Shown here one piece after another: positions 24,341 to 34,100 of a stretch of 55,031 bases of DNA. Below the pieces are notes generated by a model. That model worked only from the letters and a program-made list of their open reading frames with translations. It had not been told where the DNA came from and did not search any database. The DNA lies in the NCBI GenBank assembly GCA_017616915.1, contig JAFZXF010000110.1, forward strand, positions 1-55,031. Reading direction: 5' to 3'. The stretch's first letter is position 1; each line of letters begins with the position of its first letter. A program made the position numbers and the translations under genes. This DNA comes from Bacteroidaceae bacterium. GTDB lineage: Bacteria; Bacteroidota; Bacteroidia; Bacteroidales; Bacteroidaceae.

Positions 24341-27300
24341 CTTATTATGATTTTCTGCTTGTTGATGATATATACGCCAGGAGGCAGGGTGATAGTCTCG
24401 CGGCCACCCTTCAAGCCGTACAGTCGATAAACTCTGCCGTCAGCACCATAGACGGGAACTACGGCAGCCTCCGTGCTGCTCAGCGTTACACTGTTGCCCT
24501 GCTGCCCAACAATAGCCACAGCACTGTTGAGGCCCGTCAGCTCTTCAGAGGTAAACTCTGCTGTGCGGCTTTGGCTACGCTCGTCCTCACCGAGGGCGGT
24601 AGAGAAGAGAACGTTGGACAGAGAAGCTGACAGTAATTGAGCATTATCTATTGACCTTTGACCATTATATTTTCCCAATTCAAGGGTCAGCTCACTCTTG
24701 CCAAAAGGCAACTTATGCTTAGCACTGGAATAGATGGAAACCCTGTAACATTGACCATTGACCATTGACCGTTGGCCATTATCAAGCTCGGCCACAGTGA
24801 TATCGAAATCGGGAATAGCATGGCTGATGTCAAGATTGTCTATCGTCATACCCTCGGGAATGCGAAGGTCAAACTGGAGACCGCTGTAATCGCCATCAGC
24901 AACGGAAATAGTAAGCGGAATAGTCACTCCTTCCTCAGTATAGCTCACCGATCCGGTAGCAATGGTAGCATTAGCTTCGGGCAAGCCATAGAATGTACCG
25001 CTCTTGATTCCACTCGTTTCCACAATATTACGCACTCCAATAATATCGGCAACGGTAATCATATTATTCTTGTCGGTGTCGGCCTGCTCGTACTTGAAAT
25101 CTTCATTGGGTAGATTAAGCATATAGTTGAGAACAGCCACCAGGTCAGAAGTTGTCACACTACCGTCACCGTTTGCATCACCCATCAGCACTCCGGTGTC
25201 ATAATCATTGAGGTAACCCATTGCATTGTAACCTAACGTGTTACCTAGATAGTCGTAAATATAGTTAGCTCTCTTGCGTAACCAATCCTTAGACTTCTCC
25301 GTTATAGTGGCATAGGTGGTTGCATCGCCGTGACGCCAGCGGGTATTATCGTGAGTATAGGAGGGCGCAGCAAACTGATAATAGTCGTCGCAGAAATCTA
25401 TCAAGTCATCCAGACAGCCGGTCGTCATGAAGCGATGCCAAGTCTGATAGTATATCTTGTCGAAGTTGGTGCCGCAATAGCGTAAGTTATGTCCCCAAGC
25501 ACTGGCCTCCATAGATGACCTGCTCCAAAAGTCGTAAGCTGGTGAGCCGTTGAAATAACCGCCGCTGTACTGGTAGCCATAGCCCCAGTCGAAGTCCCAC
25601 ACCGGACCAAACACAAAGGTGGAGCTGCTGTCGAGCAAGTTAGGATTGTACCAGAAAGTGCTCTTGGGATGGAAGAGTTCGTAGTTTTCGCTAAATTCAT
25701 CCACCAGCAGGAATCGAGCCAGGTAGTCCAGGTCAACCACATACTGCATATCTTCGCCCCTATAGAGAGTGTCCCAAACGCGGTTCACACTTTCCTCTAT
25801 CATGCTCTGAGTTAGCTTAGTAGTACCTTCGCTGAAGTCAGGCTCTTTAATATTAATAGGAAGATTGAAACTGGAAGACCGGAACTTATAGGTCTCGTCA
25901 TAGTAGCTGTCGAGCTCAAGGAGAGTGGCATAGCTCTCATCTTCAAGATCCACACTGTTGTTGGAGAGGCCTATCTTCTCCGTGAGGTTGTAGGAACCGC
26001 GGTATTCGCCGTTGATATACAGCTCCACGGGTATCTCGTGGTTGAAGCCGGCAGCCTCCACCAATTGCGCCATCTTCATGGCGATAGCGTTGGTAGTCAT
26101 AGAACGGTTAATAGCGTTGGCAATCAGGTTCCAGTGCTTACCCTTCTTGAGGCCAAGTACCTTGATGGAATTCTCAAACTTGAAATGATAAGGAGCCTTG
26201 CCTGTGGATGTCCACGAACTGTTGCCGCGCCCCTTTATCTGCATGTCAGTCTCAGGCAGGTCAGGGAACACTCCTGCACCGTCGATGCTTATCTTGCCGT
26301 CCCAATAATAACTCTTAGAGTTAATGCTGGTACCGTCATTTGTGGTGATATAGACAGTAGGCACCTGACACTCTCCCGTAGAATGATCGGTGGCAAAATC
26401 CACACGCACCGTCACCTCTCGACCATAGGGCCGGGTGACATATTGTCCATCTCCAGTGCGACGCAGGATGGTCTGGCCACAACGCGCCACGGTATAGACC
26501 ACATCCTTATCAAAGCGAACACGGGTCACCTTGCTATGCTGCAAAGAATCGCCAATCCAGGCCTGCACGTCATCGTCGAGTTTAAACGAAGGACGCAGAG
26601 TCTTGCCGATGCCCACCACTTGCAAAGTTATGAGACTATCTTCATCAAACACACCGATGGCATCGCCTATGATGTGAGGGTTGAACTTGTTATTGAACTT
26701 AAAGCTACTGAACTCCGGCAGCTCGGGGGCCACATAAGATAGCGAATCGACCTCATAGGCTGCATAGGAGATGGTTTGTAACTTGTGGAAGGAAGCCTTG
26801 GGCATGAGAGTAAACGTCAGTCCTTCAGATGGCAATGCACTTCCTGGCAGGGGTAGCGAAGGAACATCTCCCTTTATATACTCCTGCGGTATAGCCTCTA
26901 CACGCCCATCAGCTCTATAAACATAAACCACAGGACCACTAATTGGCTCCAGCTCAGAAGGATCTACACTTGAAGTGTCAACAGGAATGGTATCCACAGG
27001 AGCTGTGCTACCAGGCGTTACAAGTCCCTTAGAGGCAAGATAGTCACGATGACGGGCATCCTTGGACAGGAATGTAAACGTGGAGCCACCGTCAACGGTG
27101 AACCAGCAAATTCCCCCACTACTATAATCGTTCCAAAAAGTGCGGCCTGTAATAATGTGAATATTATTCTCGCTGTTTTCACTACATGTCTTCACCCCTA
27201 TGGCATAACCTTCATAGTCTCCGCGAGAGCTCCAAGTAATCGACCAAGTGTGGTCATTGGCCTTAGGTGAACCCGAAACCACAGTAACATCGCTATCGGT

Positions 27301-28140
27301 GGTGTTCATTGTGTCCGTAAACTTACCACTCACGTAGTTGCCGCCTTCCACCATAATCTGCACACCGTCTTCTGCTTCTACGAAGTAAAAACGAGTCTTC
27401 GGGAGCTCACTGTCCTGACTCAGGCTACCCCATCCCGCATAAGTCAGCGGCTCAACCCAGTTCATGGAGCGCGAATTGCGGATATAGTAATACACTGGGC
27501 TATTGGGGTTGGTAGTCATCACCACCGGCACATCCAATCCATAGGATGTCCAATAAAGACCTTGCTCATCCTGACCGCATACATCATTATAATCTTTCCC
27601 GGGGTCATAGTACGAACCGTCCTCTTTCAGAATATAGAATATCTCATTACTTGCAGCCTCACTGGAACCGTGAGCATAAGTACCGAGAGCTCCCGAACCA
27701 CTACGGATATTGAAATAGTAATTATCCATGGCCACATTGACGAAGTAGTAGATATCCTCGTCATACACCCCGATAGTCCAAAGCGAGGAATCGCCCTTGA
27801 GTTCAGTGGTCAGGTTTAGGTAGCGGCGTATAGGATTATCAGAGCGCACATCATCCCAAGTCATATACTCTCCAGTCTTGGCGTTGCGCAATGCATATTG
27901 ACCCGCCTTATATTCCTGCACATACCAGAAGCAGTCGTCATCCGTAGCATTAACATCGGTAACACACAACGGAGAGTTCACTCCGTGAGTACTACCCGGA
28001 GCTACCGAACTACCTTCGGTGCGAACTGCCTGGATGCGAAACTTCGTCAACGGATTGAATGAAAAATTATCTGCTGACGCACCTAAGCACACTAGCACAC
28101 ATATTATCTGTAACAAAAAAGTCTTCATTCTATGTTGCAT
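24337..28140 (-). CDS. Secreted multidomain protein A (paralog of B, with an extra N-terminal module of about 250 aa): lectin-like domains, CotH-kinase-like core, dockerin, cohesin-like module, T9SS C-terminal domain
   Basis: The likely start is MQHRMKTFLLQIICVLVCLGASA (ATG at 28140, alternative at 28128). I rejected the track start at 28296. It has the same CotH, dockerin (DANGDGSVTTSD..DTDKNNMITVAD), cohesin-like (GVTIPLTISVADGDYSGLQFDLRIPEGMTI) and CTD (VPVYGADGRVYRLYGLKGGRETITLPPGVYIINKQKIIIR) modules as protein B. Confidence 0.75.
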   Translation of the reverse strand: MQHRMKTFLLQIICVLVCLGASADNFSFNPLTKFRIQAVRTEGSSVAPGSTHGVNSPLCVTDVNATDDDCFWYVQEYKAGQYALRNAKTGEYMTWDDVRSDNPIRRYLNLTTELKGDSSLWTIGVYDEDIYYFVNVAMDNYYFNIRSGSGALGTYAHGSSEAASNEIFYILKEDGSYYDPGKDYNDVCGQDEQGLYWTSYGLDVPVVMTTNPNSPVYYYIRNSRSMNWVEPLTYAGWGSLSQDSELPKTRFYFVEAEDGVQIMVEGGNYVSGKFTDTMNTTDSDVTVVSGSPKANDHTWSITWSSRGDYEGYAIGVKTCSENSENNIHIITGRTFWNDYSSGGICWFTVDGGSTFTFLSKDARHRDYLASKGLVTPGSTAPVDTIPVDTSSVDPSELEPISGPVVYVYRADGRVEAIPQEYIKGDVPSLPLPGSALPSEGLTFTLMPKASFHKLQTISYAAYEVDSLSYVAPELPEFSSFKFNNKFNPHIIGDAIGVFDEDSLITLQVVGIGKTLRPSFKLDDDVQAWIGDSLQHSKVTRVRFDKDVVYTVARCGQTILRRTGDGQYVTRPYGREVTVRVDFATDHSTGECQVPTVYITTNDGTSINSKSYYWDGKISIDGAGVFPDLPETDMQIKGRGNSSWTSTGKAPYHFKFENSIKVLGLKKGKHWNLIANAINRSMTTNAIAMKMAQLVEAAGFNHEIPVELYINGEYRGSYNLTEKIGLSNNSVDLEDESYATLLELDSYYDETYKFRSSSFNLPINIKEPDFSEGTTKLTQSMIEESVNRVWDTLYRGEDMQYVVDLDYLARFLLVDEFSENYELFHPKSTFWYNPNLLDSSSTFVFGPVWDFDWGYGYQYSGGYFNGSPAYDFWSRSSMEASAWGHNLRYCGTNFDKIYYQTWHRFMTTGCLDDLIDFCDDYYQFAAPSYTHDNTRWRHGDATTYATITEKSKDWLRKRANYIYDYLGNTLGYNAMGYLNDYDTGVLMGDANGDGSVTTSDLVAVLNYMLNLPNEDFKYEQADTDKNNMITVADIIGVRNIVETSGIKSGTFYGLPEANATIATGSVSYTEEGVTIPLTISVADGDYSGLQFDLRIPEGMTIDNLDISHAIPDFDITVAELDNGQRSMVNGQCYRVSIYSSAKHKLPFGKSELTLELGKYNGQRSIDNAQLLSASLSNVLFSTALGEDERSQSRTAEFTSEELTGLNSAVAIVGQQGNSVTLSSTEAAVVPVYGADGRVYRLYGLKGGRETITLPPGVYIINKQKIIIR
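24635..24669. repeat. Period-7 repeat, 5 units, in frame in protein A
   Basis: Encodes KYNGQRSIDNAQLL, where paralog B has KNNSQLL. The difference is 7 aa (21 nt). Confidence 0.8.
24749..24783. repeat. Period-7 repeat, 5 units (CATTGAC x3 perfect, CGTTGGC, CATTATC), in frame in protein A
   Basis: Encodes DNGQRSMVNGQCY. Paralog B has only 2 units at 20466-20479, encoding DNAQCY. The difference is exactly 21 nt. Confidence 0.9.
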
Positions 28141-28158
28141 TGAAATTAGGGTTGTCGG

Positions 28159-28166
28159 CAAAATTA
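28159..28166 (-). promoter_or_regulatory. Candidate -7 box TAATTTTG directly upstream of protein A
   Basis: The forward sequence CAAAATTA is the reverse complement of TAnnTTTG. It lies 19 nt upstream of the ATG at 28140. Confidence 0.4.
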
Positions 28167-28257
28167 CGTATATTTTCTGATATACAATGTAAAATAGGGT
28201 AAAAAAGAGCATTTTACCTAATGTAATGCACCGAAACGAGTAAGATTTGAATACAAT

Positions 28258-28290
28258 CGGTGCCGTGCAGCAACATTCTGCACGGCACCG
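28258..28290 (-). terminator. Strong hairpin between the lipoprotein genes and protein A (terminator, attenuator or processing site)
   Basis: Perfect 13-bp stem: CGGTGCCGTGCAG pairs with CTGCACGGCACCG, with a 7-nt loop. GCACCGAAAC direct repeats flank it at 28228-37 and 28285-94. Confidence 0.55.
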
Positions 28291-28322
28291 AAACACAGTG
28301 TGTAGTTATTTAGCGTCTACGA

Positions 28323-28904
28323 TTAGTCGTTCTCTGCGAGACCGCTGTAACGTACACCGCTCACTCTATACTTGGCATAGCCGTCATCCGGATACCAAGG
28401 ATCACCTTCATAGCTTACATAGAATACTATACTGTCAGCTACGGAACCGTTGTTCTGGTGACCGGCACCTTTCAGGATCTTACCCTCGGTGATAGTAATC
28501 GGATAAAGGTCACATTCATATCCGTTGACTTCTGCCAAATTCTCGGCATTATTGCAGGAGAAGGTGAGACTCTTCGTGTCGATATTAACCTTGCTTTTGA
28601 AAGCATAGCTAGGATAACCACCATAACCATAGAAGTCAGCAATGTCGAATGCGCTGAGGTCATCCACGAACATCTCGGTTGACTTGTTGTCTGCGGTATT
28701 ATAGGTAAGAAGTAGTACACGTCCTACGCCAAAATAATCCTCGCCGCCGTCAATGGGATTACCGTCATCATCAACGGCATCAATCTGCACATACCACTGA
28801 CCGGCCATCGAAACCGTAGCAGTCTTTTCTATGTCATCCTTCTCGCACGAGATAAGAAACGCGGGCAGAAGGAGCATTGCTGCGAAATATAATACTTTCT
28901 TCAT
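28323..28904 (-). CDS. PUL-associated surface lipoprotein, function unknown
   Basis: 193 aa with a lipobox (AFLISC) followed by Asp/Glu residues typical of surface-exported Bacteroidetes lipoproteins (CEKDD). It sits in the SusE/F-like position downstream of susD. Confidence 0.6.
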   Translation of the reverse strand: MKKVLYFAAMLLLPAFLISCEKDDIEKTATVSMAGQWYVQIDAVDDDGNPIDGGEDYFGVGRVLLLTYNTADNKSTEMFVDDLSAFDIADFYGYGGYPSYAFKSKVNIDTKSLTFSCNNAENLAEVNGYECDLYPITITEGKILKGAGHQNNGSVADSIVFYVSYEGDPWYPDDGYAKYRVSGVRYSGLAEND

Positions 28905-28910
28905 AGTAAT

Positions 28911-29621
28911 TTACTCTTTAACTTGTTTTACCCATGTCTGAACAAAATCCATGTTGGCATACTTAGTGGTCAGTGTAAACGTACCTGTTGCGGCATCGAA
29001 AGTTCCCTCGAAGCCTTCATCGGGACCATCATCCCAGCCCGGCACATAGCCATCCTCAAGAGTAACAGTGCCATCTGCAACAGATATTGTAGCACCCATT
29101 GCATAATCACTGCCGTAGCCTGCACGGTAGCAATACCAACCACCTAGCATGTCATCAACATCGTAGGTGCCATCCCCATTGCTGAGGACAACTACAGGAT
29201 ATTCATTACCATACTTAACCTCAGCACCCTGGCGGATTCTATAACTGTCCGAGCTATTCCAGTAGAGTCCCTCAACAGGGTCGTTAGGATCAGCCACGAT
29301 TACAGTACGAGTAGTCGAAGCGCCGAAGCCATCCTCATTCTTTGCGGTTGTGTAAGTCAAGGTATATAAACCCGGCTTGCTTGTATCTACGTTACCGCTT
29401 ATGGTAACCTGGTCGGATACGTCCTCGCCACCCATAATGGATGTATAACCGGGATCCTCCCATGTAGAGCCCTTATCAGCCACATAATACGATCCTCCGG
29501 TCAACTCAATGGTCGGGTAGTAAGTGATTCGCGACTTTCCTGCCGAATCGTCATCGCCGCAGCTAACCATAACGAAAGCAGCTGCCACGAAAAGCATTGT
29601 ATATAAAATATTCTTTTTCAT
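28911..29621 (-). CDS. PUL-associated surface lipoprotein with N-terminal Ig-like (DUF5011-type) domain
   Basis: 236 aa with lipobox VMVSCGDDD. The segment PTIELTGGSYYVADKGSTWEDPGYT...GEDVSDQVTISGNVDTSKPGLYTLTYTTAKNEDGFGASTTRTVIV matches the bacterial Ig-like pattern. Confidence 0.6.
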   Translation of the reverse strand: MKKNILYTMLFVAAAFVMVSCGDDDSAGKSRITYYPTIELTGGSYYVADKGSTWEDPGYTSIMGGEDVSDQVTISGNVDTSKPGLYTLTYTTAKNEDGFGASTTRTVIVADPNDPVEGLYWNSSDSYRIRQGAEVKYGNEYPVVVLSNGDGTYDVDDMLGGWYCYRAGYGSDYAMGATISVADGTVTLEDGYVPGWDDGPDEGFEGTFDAATGTFTLTTKYANMDFVQTWVKQVKE

Positions 29622-29648
29622 AATTTATTCAATATGAAATTAAAGTTT

Positions 29649-31163
29649 TTACTTTCCCCAGAAGATGGGAACGGTGTAGCCGGGGAACTCGGGTGAGTTT
29701 CCGTTGCGTGCAGATGAGCTCTCGGGATAAATCCAGCGCTCCAATATCTGGTTGGGGCCAACCTTGTCATCCACCTGGATGGGAGTGTAGAGCGTACCGG
29801 GCTTGTAGAGCTGGGGCTTGTAGGAAGAGTCATCCTTGAGGTTGTACATCTGGCTGCCCTGAACAGTGCCGAAGGCAGGATAATTCAGACGGCGAGCCTC
29901 ACACCATGCCTCAAAGTTGTTGGTACCAGCGAGGGCAATCCACTTGGAGATACCGATGCACTCCTGCCACTTTGCCTGAGTATAAGGGAACTGGGCAATA
30001 ACATCCTCAGCGCCATCAACACCAGCGGAAGCGCAAGATGCCTCGATAGCTGCATTGTAGTGAGCCTCAGCCTCAGTAGCATTGTTCTGACGAGCATAGT
30101 ACTCTGCGATGAAGAATTCAATCTCGGAAACGGTGATCAGATAAACTGGCATATCATACGATGCCACAGGGCGGCACCAGTAGGTTGACTTGTAGGCATT
30201 CGATGTAGAGAAGTTGGTACCAGAGATACCACCGGTATATGCACCTGTGGCATTCTTCTCAAAGAAAGCACCCAGACGCGGATCCTCATAGATTACGTCA
30301 TCGTTAGCATCCTTCTGAAGCATGGTGCCGATAATAGCCAGATTGGCTACTACGTTCTCCTGATCAGAACCCCAAGCAGAAGTGAACTCTTCTGCATAGA
30401 ACGGACTGAATGATCCGGTCTCATCCTTCCAGCAGCCAGCATAAGCCACGTCCTCGGTGGGGAAGTTGCCCTCCTCGATAAGTGCCTTAACCTTAGCCGG
30501 TGCATCGTCAGCAACATCATACTCACGCATAAGCAGTTTAAGCTTCAATGCGTTTGCAAACTGAATCCACTTAGCAGCATTCTCATCCGGGAACAGGAAG
30601 TTGGTTGCTACGCGGTCACCAGCCTGAGCTTTCTCCAAAGCCTCATCCAGCTCCTGCAGTACACCGGCATAGATATCCTTACCTTCGTCATACTTGGGTG
30701 AGGTTTTGCCTGAGAATGCCTCACTATAGGGCACTTCACCATAGCAGTCAACAAGCACCTGATAGATAAAGGCGCGCAGTGTCTTAGCAGCCAGATAGCT
30801 ACCCCATTCTTCGTTCTTCTCTGCGAGATCGCAGATAGTAGTGAGATTCTTCAAAGCACGGCCGTTAAGCTGAGTATAAGTAGAGCTTGAACGGGTAGCA
30901 GACATCGTAAACTGCGAAAAATCAAGAAAGTTCGACGTACCGAAAGCCTGAGTATAGTGTTGTGCATAGTATCCACCCGTTATACGCAAGAAGTCGCCAT
31001 AGCTACCTGCCAGGTTCATCTCTGCTGCAGGCATCAAAATGTCGGGGGTCATATTCTCCTCGCTGGGAGAGTTGGGATCCTGGTTGATATCCAGATAGCT
31101 GTCGCACGAAGCGGTCAGCAGCAGTCCCAAAGCAATTGTAGTTAAAAATGCTATTTTTTTCAT
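29649..31163 (-). CDS. SusD/RagB family nutrient-binding outer-membrane lipoprotein
   Basis: 504 aa with lipobox LLTASCDSYLDINQDPNSP (the canonical SusD N-terminus) and a TPR-like helical body. It starts 20 nt after the susC stop. Confidence 0.9.
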   Translation of the reverse strand: MKKIAFLTTIALGLLLTASCDSYLDINQDPNSPSEENMTPDILMPAAEMNLAGSYGDFLRITGGYYAQHYTQAFGTSNFLDFSQFTMSATRSSSTYTQLNGRALKNLTTICDLAEKNEEWGSYLAAKTLRAFIYQVLVDCYGEVPYSEAFSGKTSPKYDEGKDIYAGVLQELDEALEKAQAGDRVATNFLFPDENAAKWIQFANALKLKLLMREYDVADDAPAKVKALIEEGNFPTEDVAYAGCWKDETGSFSPFYAEEFTSAWGSDQENVVANLAIIGTMLQKDANDDVIYEDPRLGAFFEKNATGAYTGGISGTNFSTSNAYKSTYWCRPVASYDMPVYLITVSEIEFFIAEYYARQNNATEAEAHYNAAIEASCASAGVDGAEDVIAQFPYTQAKWQECIGISKWIALAGTNNFEAWCEARRLNYPAFGTVQGSQMYNLKDDSSYKPQLYKPGTLYTPIQVDDKVGPNQILERWIYPESSSARNGNSPEFPGYTVPIFWGK

Positions 31164-31183
31164 AATATTATCCTCCTTTTTAT

Positions 31184-34100
31184 TTAGAATTTCACACTGA
31201 CGCTGAAACCGATGGTGCGGCAGGCGGGGTTGGAGTACAATTCACCGAACATACCTTCAAGGTCGTTACCATAGGACGAGGTCTCAGGATCGAGATAACG
31301 ATTGCCCCTATGAGTCCAAGTAATGAGATTGTTGGCAAACAGAGAGAGGGTAATGTCGCTCAGGTAGAGCTTCTTAACGAGAGTCTTCGGCAGAGCATAA
31401 GCCAAAGTGATGTTACGCAGTTTCACGAAGGAACGCTTGATGAGGTAGAACTCGCCACCCATAGCGGCTCCATAGTCATTAAAGTAATCCTGATAACTGC
31501 TATTGTTAAGATAGATAGGAGTGGTATTCTCCGTTCCGTCAGCATATACCGAATTGGGGATAATGAACGGGTTACGGTCATTGTAAAGAGTTATATCGCC
31601 ATTACCGGTAAACTGCATGAGGTCCTTAGTACGAGAGAACATGTAACCGCCCTGACGAACATCAAGAGATGCGCTGAGGGTGAAGCCGTAGGCCGAGAAC
31701 GATGTGGTCAGACCTCCGGTCCAATCGGGATTCACGTTCTTGCCGGTGTCCATCACCTCATCGCTAAGAAGTGGCTGACCGCTGGCACCTACGATGAGCT
31801 TGCCATCATCAGTGTATTGCGGCATGTATGTAAAGAGTTCGCCCATGGGCTTGCCCTCAACAGCTCGCATATAAACTGCATTATTACCTGCGGAGAAGGA
31901 GTTGATGTTAACCATACCACCGTCGAGGCTTGCAGGCATCGAAACGACCTTATTGCTGTTCTTAGCAAAGTTGAGACCCAACTCCCAGCGGAACTTCTTG
32001 TTCTGCACGGGCACAGTGTTGAGCAACATCTCGACACCCCTGTTGCGTACCTTACCAAAGTTGGTAACCATAAAGCTATAACCTGTAGCGGGATCTACCG
32101 GCAGAGTGAATATCTGGTCGGTGGTGTTACGGTCGTAGTAAGAGAAGTCGAAATTGATGCGGTTCTTCAAGAACGACAGGTTAACACCCATCTCAAACTC
32201 GGTGGTCATCTCAGGCTTCAGACTATTGGAGCCAGCAGTGGAAGCTGCCTGGAATGCGTTCTTGCCGTTGAAGGGGAACTTCGTTAGATCGGAACCATAG
32301 TAACCGTTGGAGTAACCCTGCACATAGCGGGGGAATACCTGATATACATCAGCGTCGTTACCAGTCTTACCATAGGCCATACGAGCCTTACCGAAGGTGA
32401 GAATGTCATTCTTGGGGAGGAGCTTGGTGAAAATCCAGCTCAGAGTTGCGCCCGGATAGAAATAATGATTCTTCTCCAGAGGCAGAGTACTCGACCAATC
32501 GTTACGTGCAGTCAGATCAAGGAATACCATATCATCCCAACCAAGGGTAAGGTCTGCGAAGAGACCTACGCTACGACGCTTCCACTGACTTTCAAATATC
32601 TCAGTCTTAGTAGAACCGTTGCTCAAATCCCAGAAACCTGTACCGAAAGTAAGACCGTCGGTCTGGTTGCGGCTCATTGTCATGCTGCGCTCATTGATGT
32701 TGACACCTGCCATCAGGTTAACATCAAGCCTGTCGTTGAGATACTTGTCCTTCCAGTTGGCAAGGAAGTCCTGGTTGAACTCATACTTACGCTGATAGGT
32801 GGTGGAAACATAACCGGACTGGTTCACACCCTGAGAGGGAGAATAGCCGTAGTCCTCGTTGATAAGAGCATCGTCGAGATTAATCTCTGGCACGCCGATC
32901 TTATGATCATAGTCGGTATAATCGAAACCAAAACGATAGGTCAGCGTCAGCTGCTTGAGAGGCTGGAGGTCAGCCTGAATCTTACCAAACACCTGCTTGG
33001 CATCGTTGTGGTTGTAGTTGTTTTCAATAGCCCAATAGGGGTTGGTGATACCATAGGGGGTAAACCAAGCCTCCGGAGTGTTGAAGGCCACACTGAGATC
33101 CTTACGGTCAACAAGGCTGATGTCACGCGCGAACTCGTAGATACCATCAATCATGGAACGACCTTGGAAGGTTGCCACGGTGTTGGTCTTACTCTTAGCA
33201 ATATTCACGCTGGAACTCAGCTTAATCCAGTCATTAGCCTGATAGCTGCCGCGATAAGCGATAGTGTTACGCTTATAGGTGTCCTTGTCACCCGGGATGA
33301 TGCCATTGTCCCTGGAGTCAGAGTAGCTCAGGTAGTATGTCATCCTGTTGTCGCTGGATACACCGTTGAGAGCAATACTGTGGTTTGTGGTGAGACCAGT
33401 CTCAAAGAAGTCCCTGATGTTGCTCTTCAATGCGCTGTACTTATGGATAAGCTGCTGGTTGTTCCAGATAGGACCATAAACCTGCTGCGAGCCGTCAAAC
33501 TCAGGCCCCCAAGAGCCGTTCTCGATAAAGGTCTGAGTACCGTTCCAGCCCTGACCGAAGCGGTTCTGCAGCTTAGGCAGAGTGGAAACTGTACGCCACT
33601 GCCAGCTACCATCGTAGCTGATGGTGAAGTTCTTATCACCCTCCTTCTTTCCACTCTTAGTGGTAATCATGATGACACCGTTGGCAGCGCGGCTACCATA
33701 GAGAGCGGTAGCGGCAGCGCCCTTGAGCACCGTCATGGTCTCTATATCGTTGGGGTTGATGCTGGAGATACCGCCTACGGCATTAGTCATCTCCTCTGCC
33801 TCATTCTGAAGACCTTCAAAGGTAGTCTGCTGGAGAGGCACACCGTCCACTACGTAGAGAGGCTGGTTGTTACCGTTGATGGAGCTGATACCACGGATAA
33901 TCACCGAATTGGCCTGACCCGGGTCGCTGGAGGTGGTGTTTACCTGCACACCGGCTACTTGTCCGGCCAGTGAGCTGGTCACATCGGTCAGGTTACCGAG
34001 GGTCAGTTTCTCGTTGTCCAGCGTCTGGGATGAATAACCCAGCGTCTTCTGCTCACGCTTCACACCCATAGCAGTAACCACGACCTCATTGAGGTTCACC

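Noticed and set aside
20075-28140. Diversity-generating retroelement acting on the paralogs
   Set aside because: There is no reverse transcriptase and no template repeat. The differences between the paralogs are not adenine-specific; they are patchy substitutions plus heptamer indels.
31310-33973. Plus-strand ORFs of 325 aa and 502 aa
   Set aside because: They are antisense to the SusC-like barrel, whose frame carries unmistakable TonB-dependent receptor sequence.
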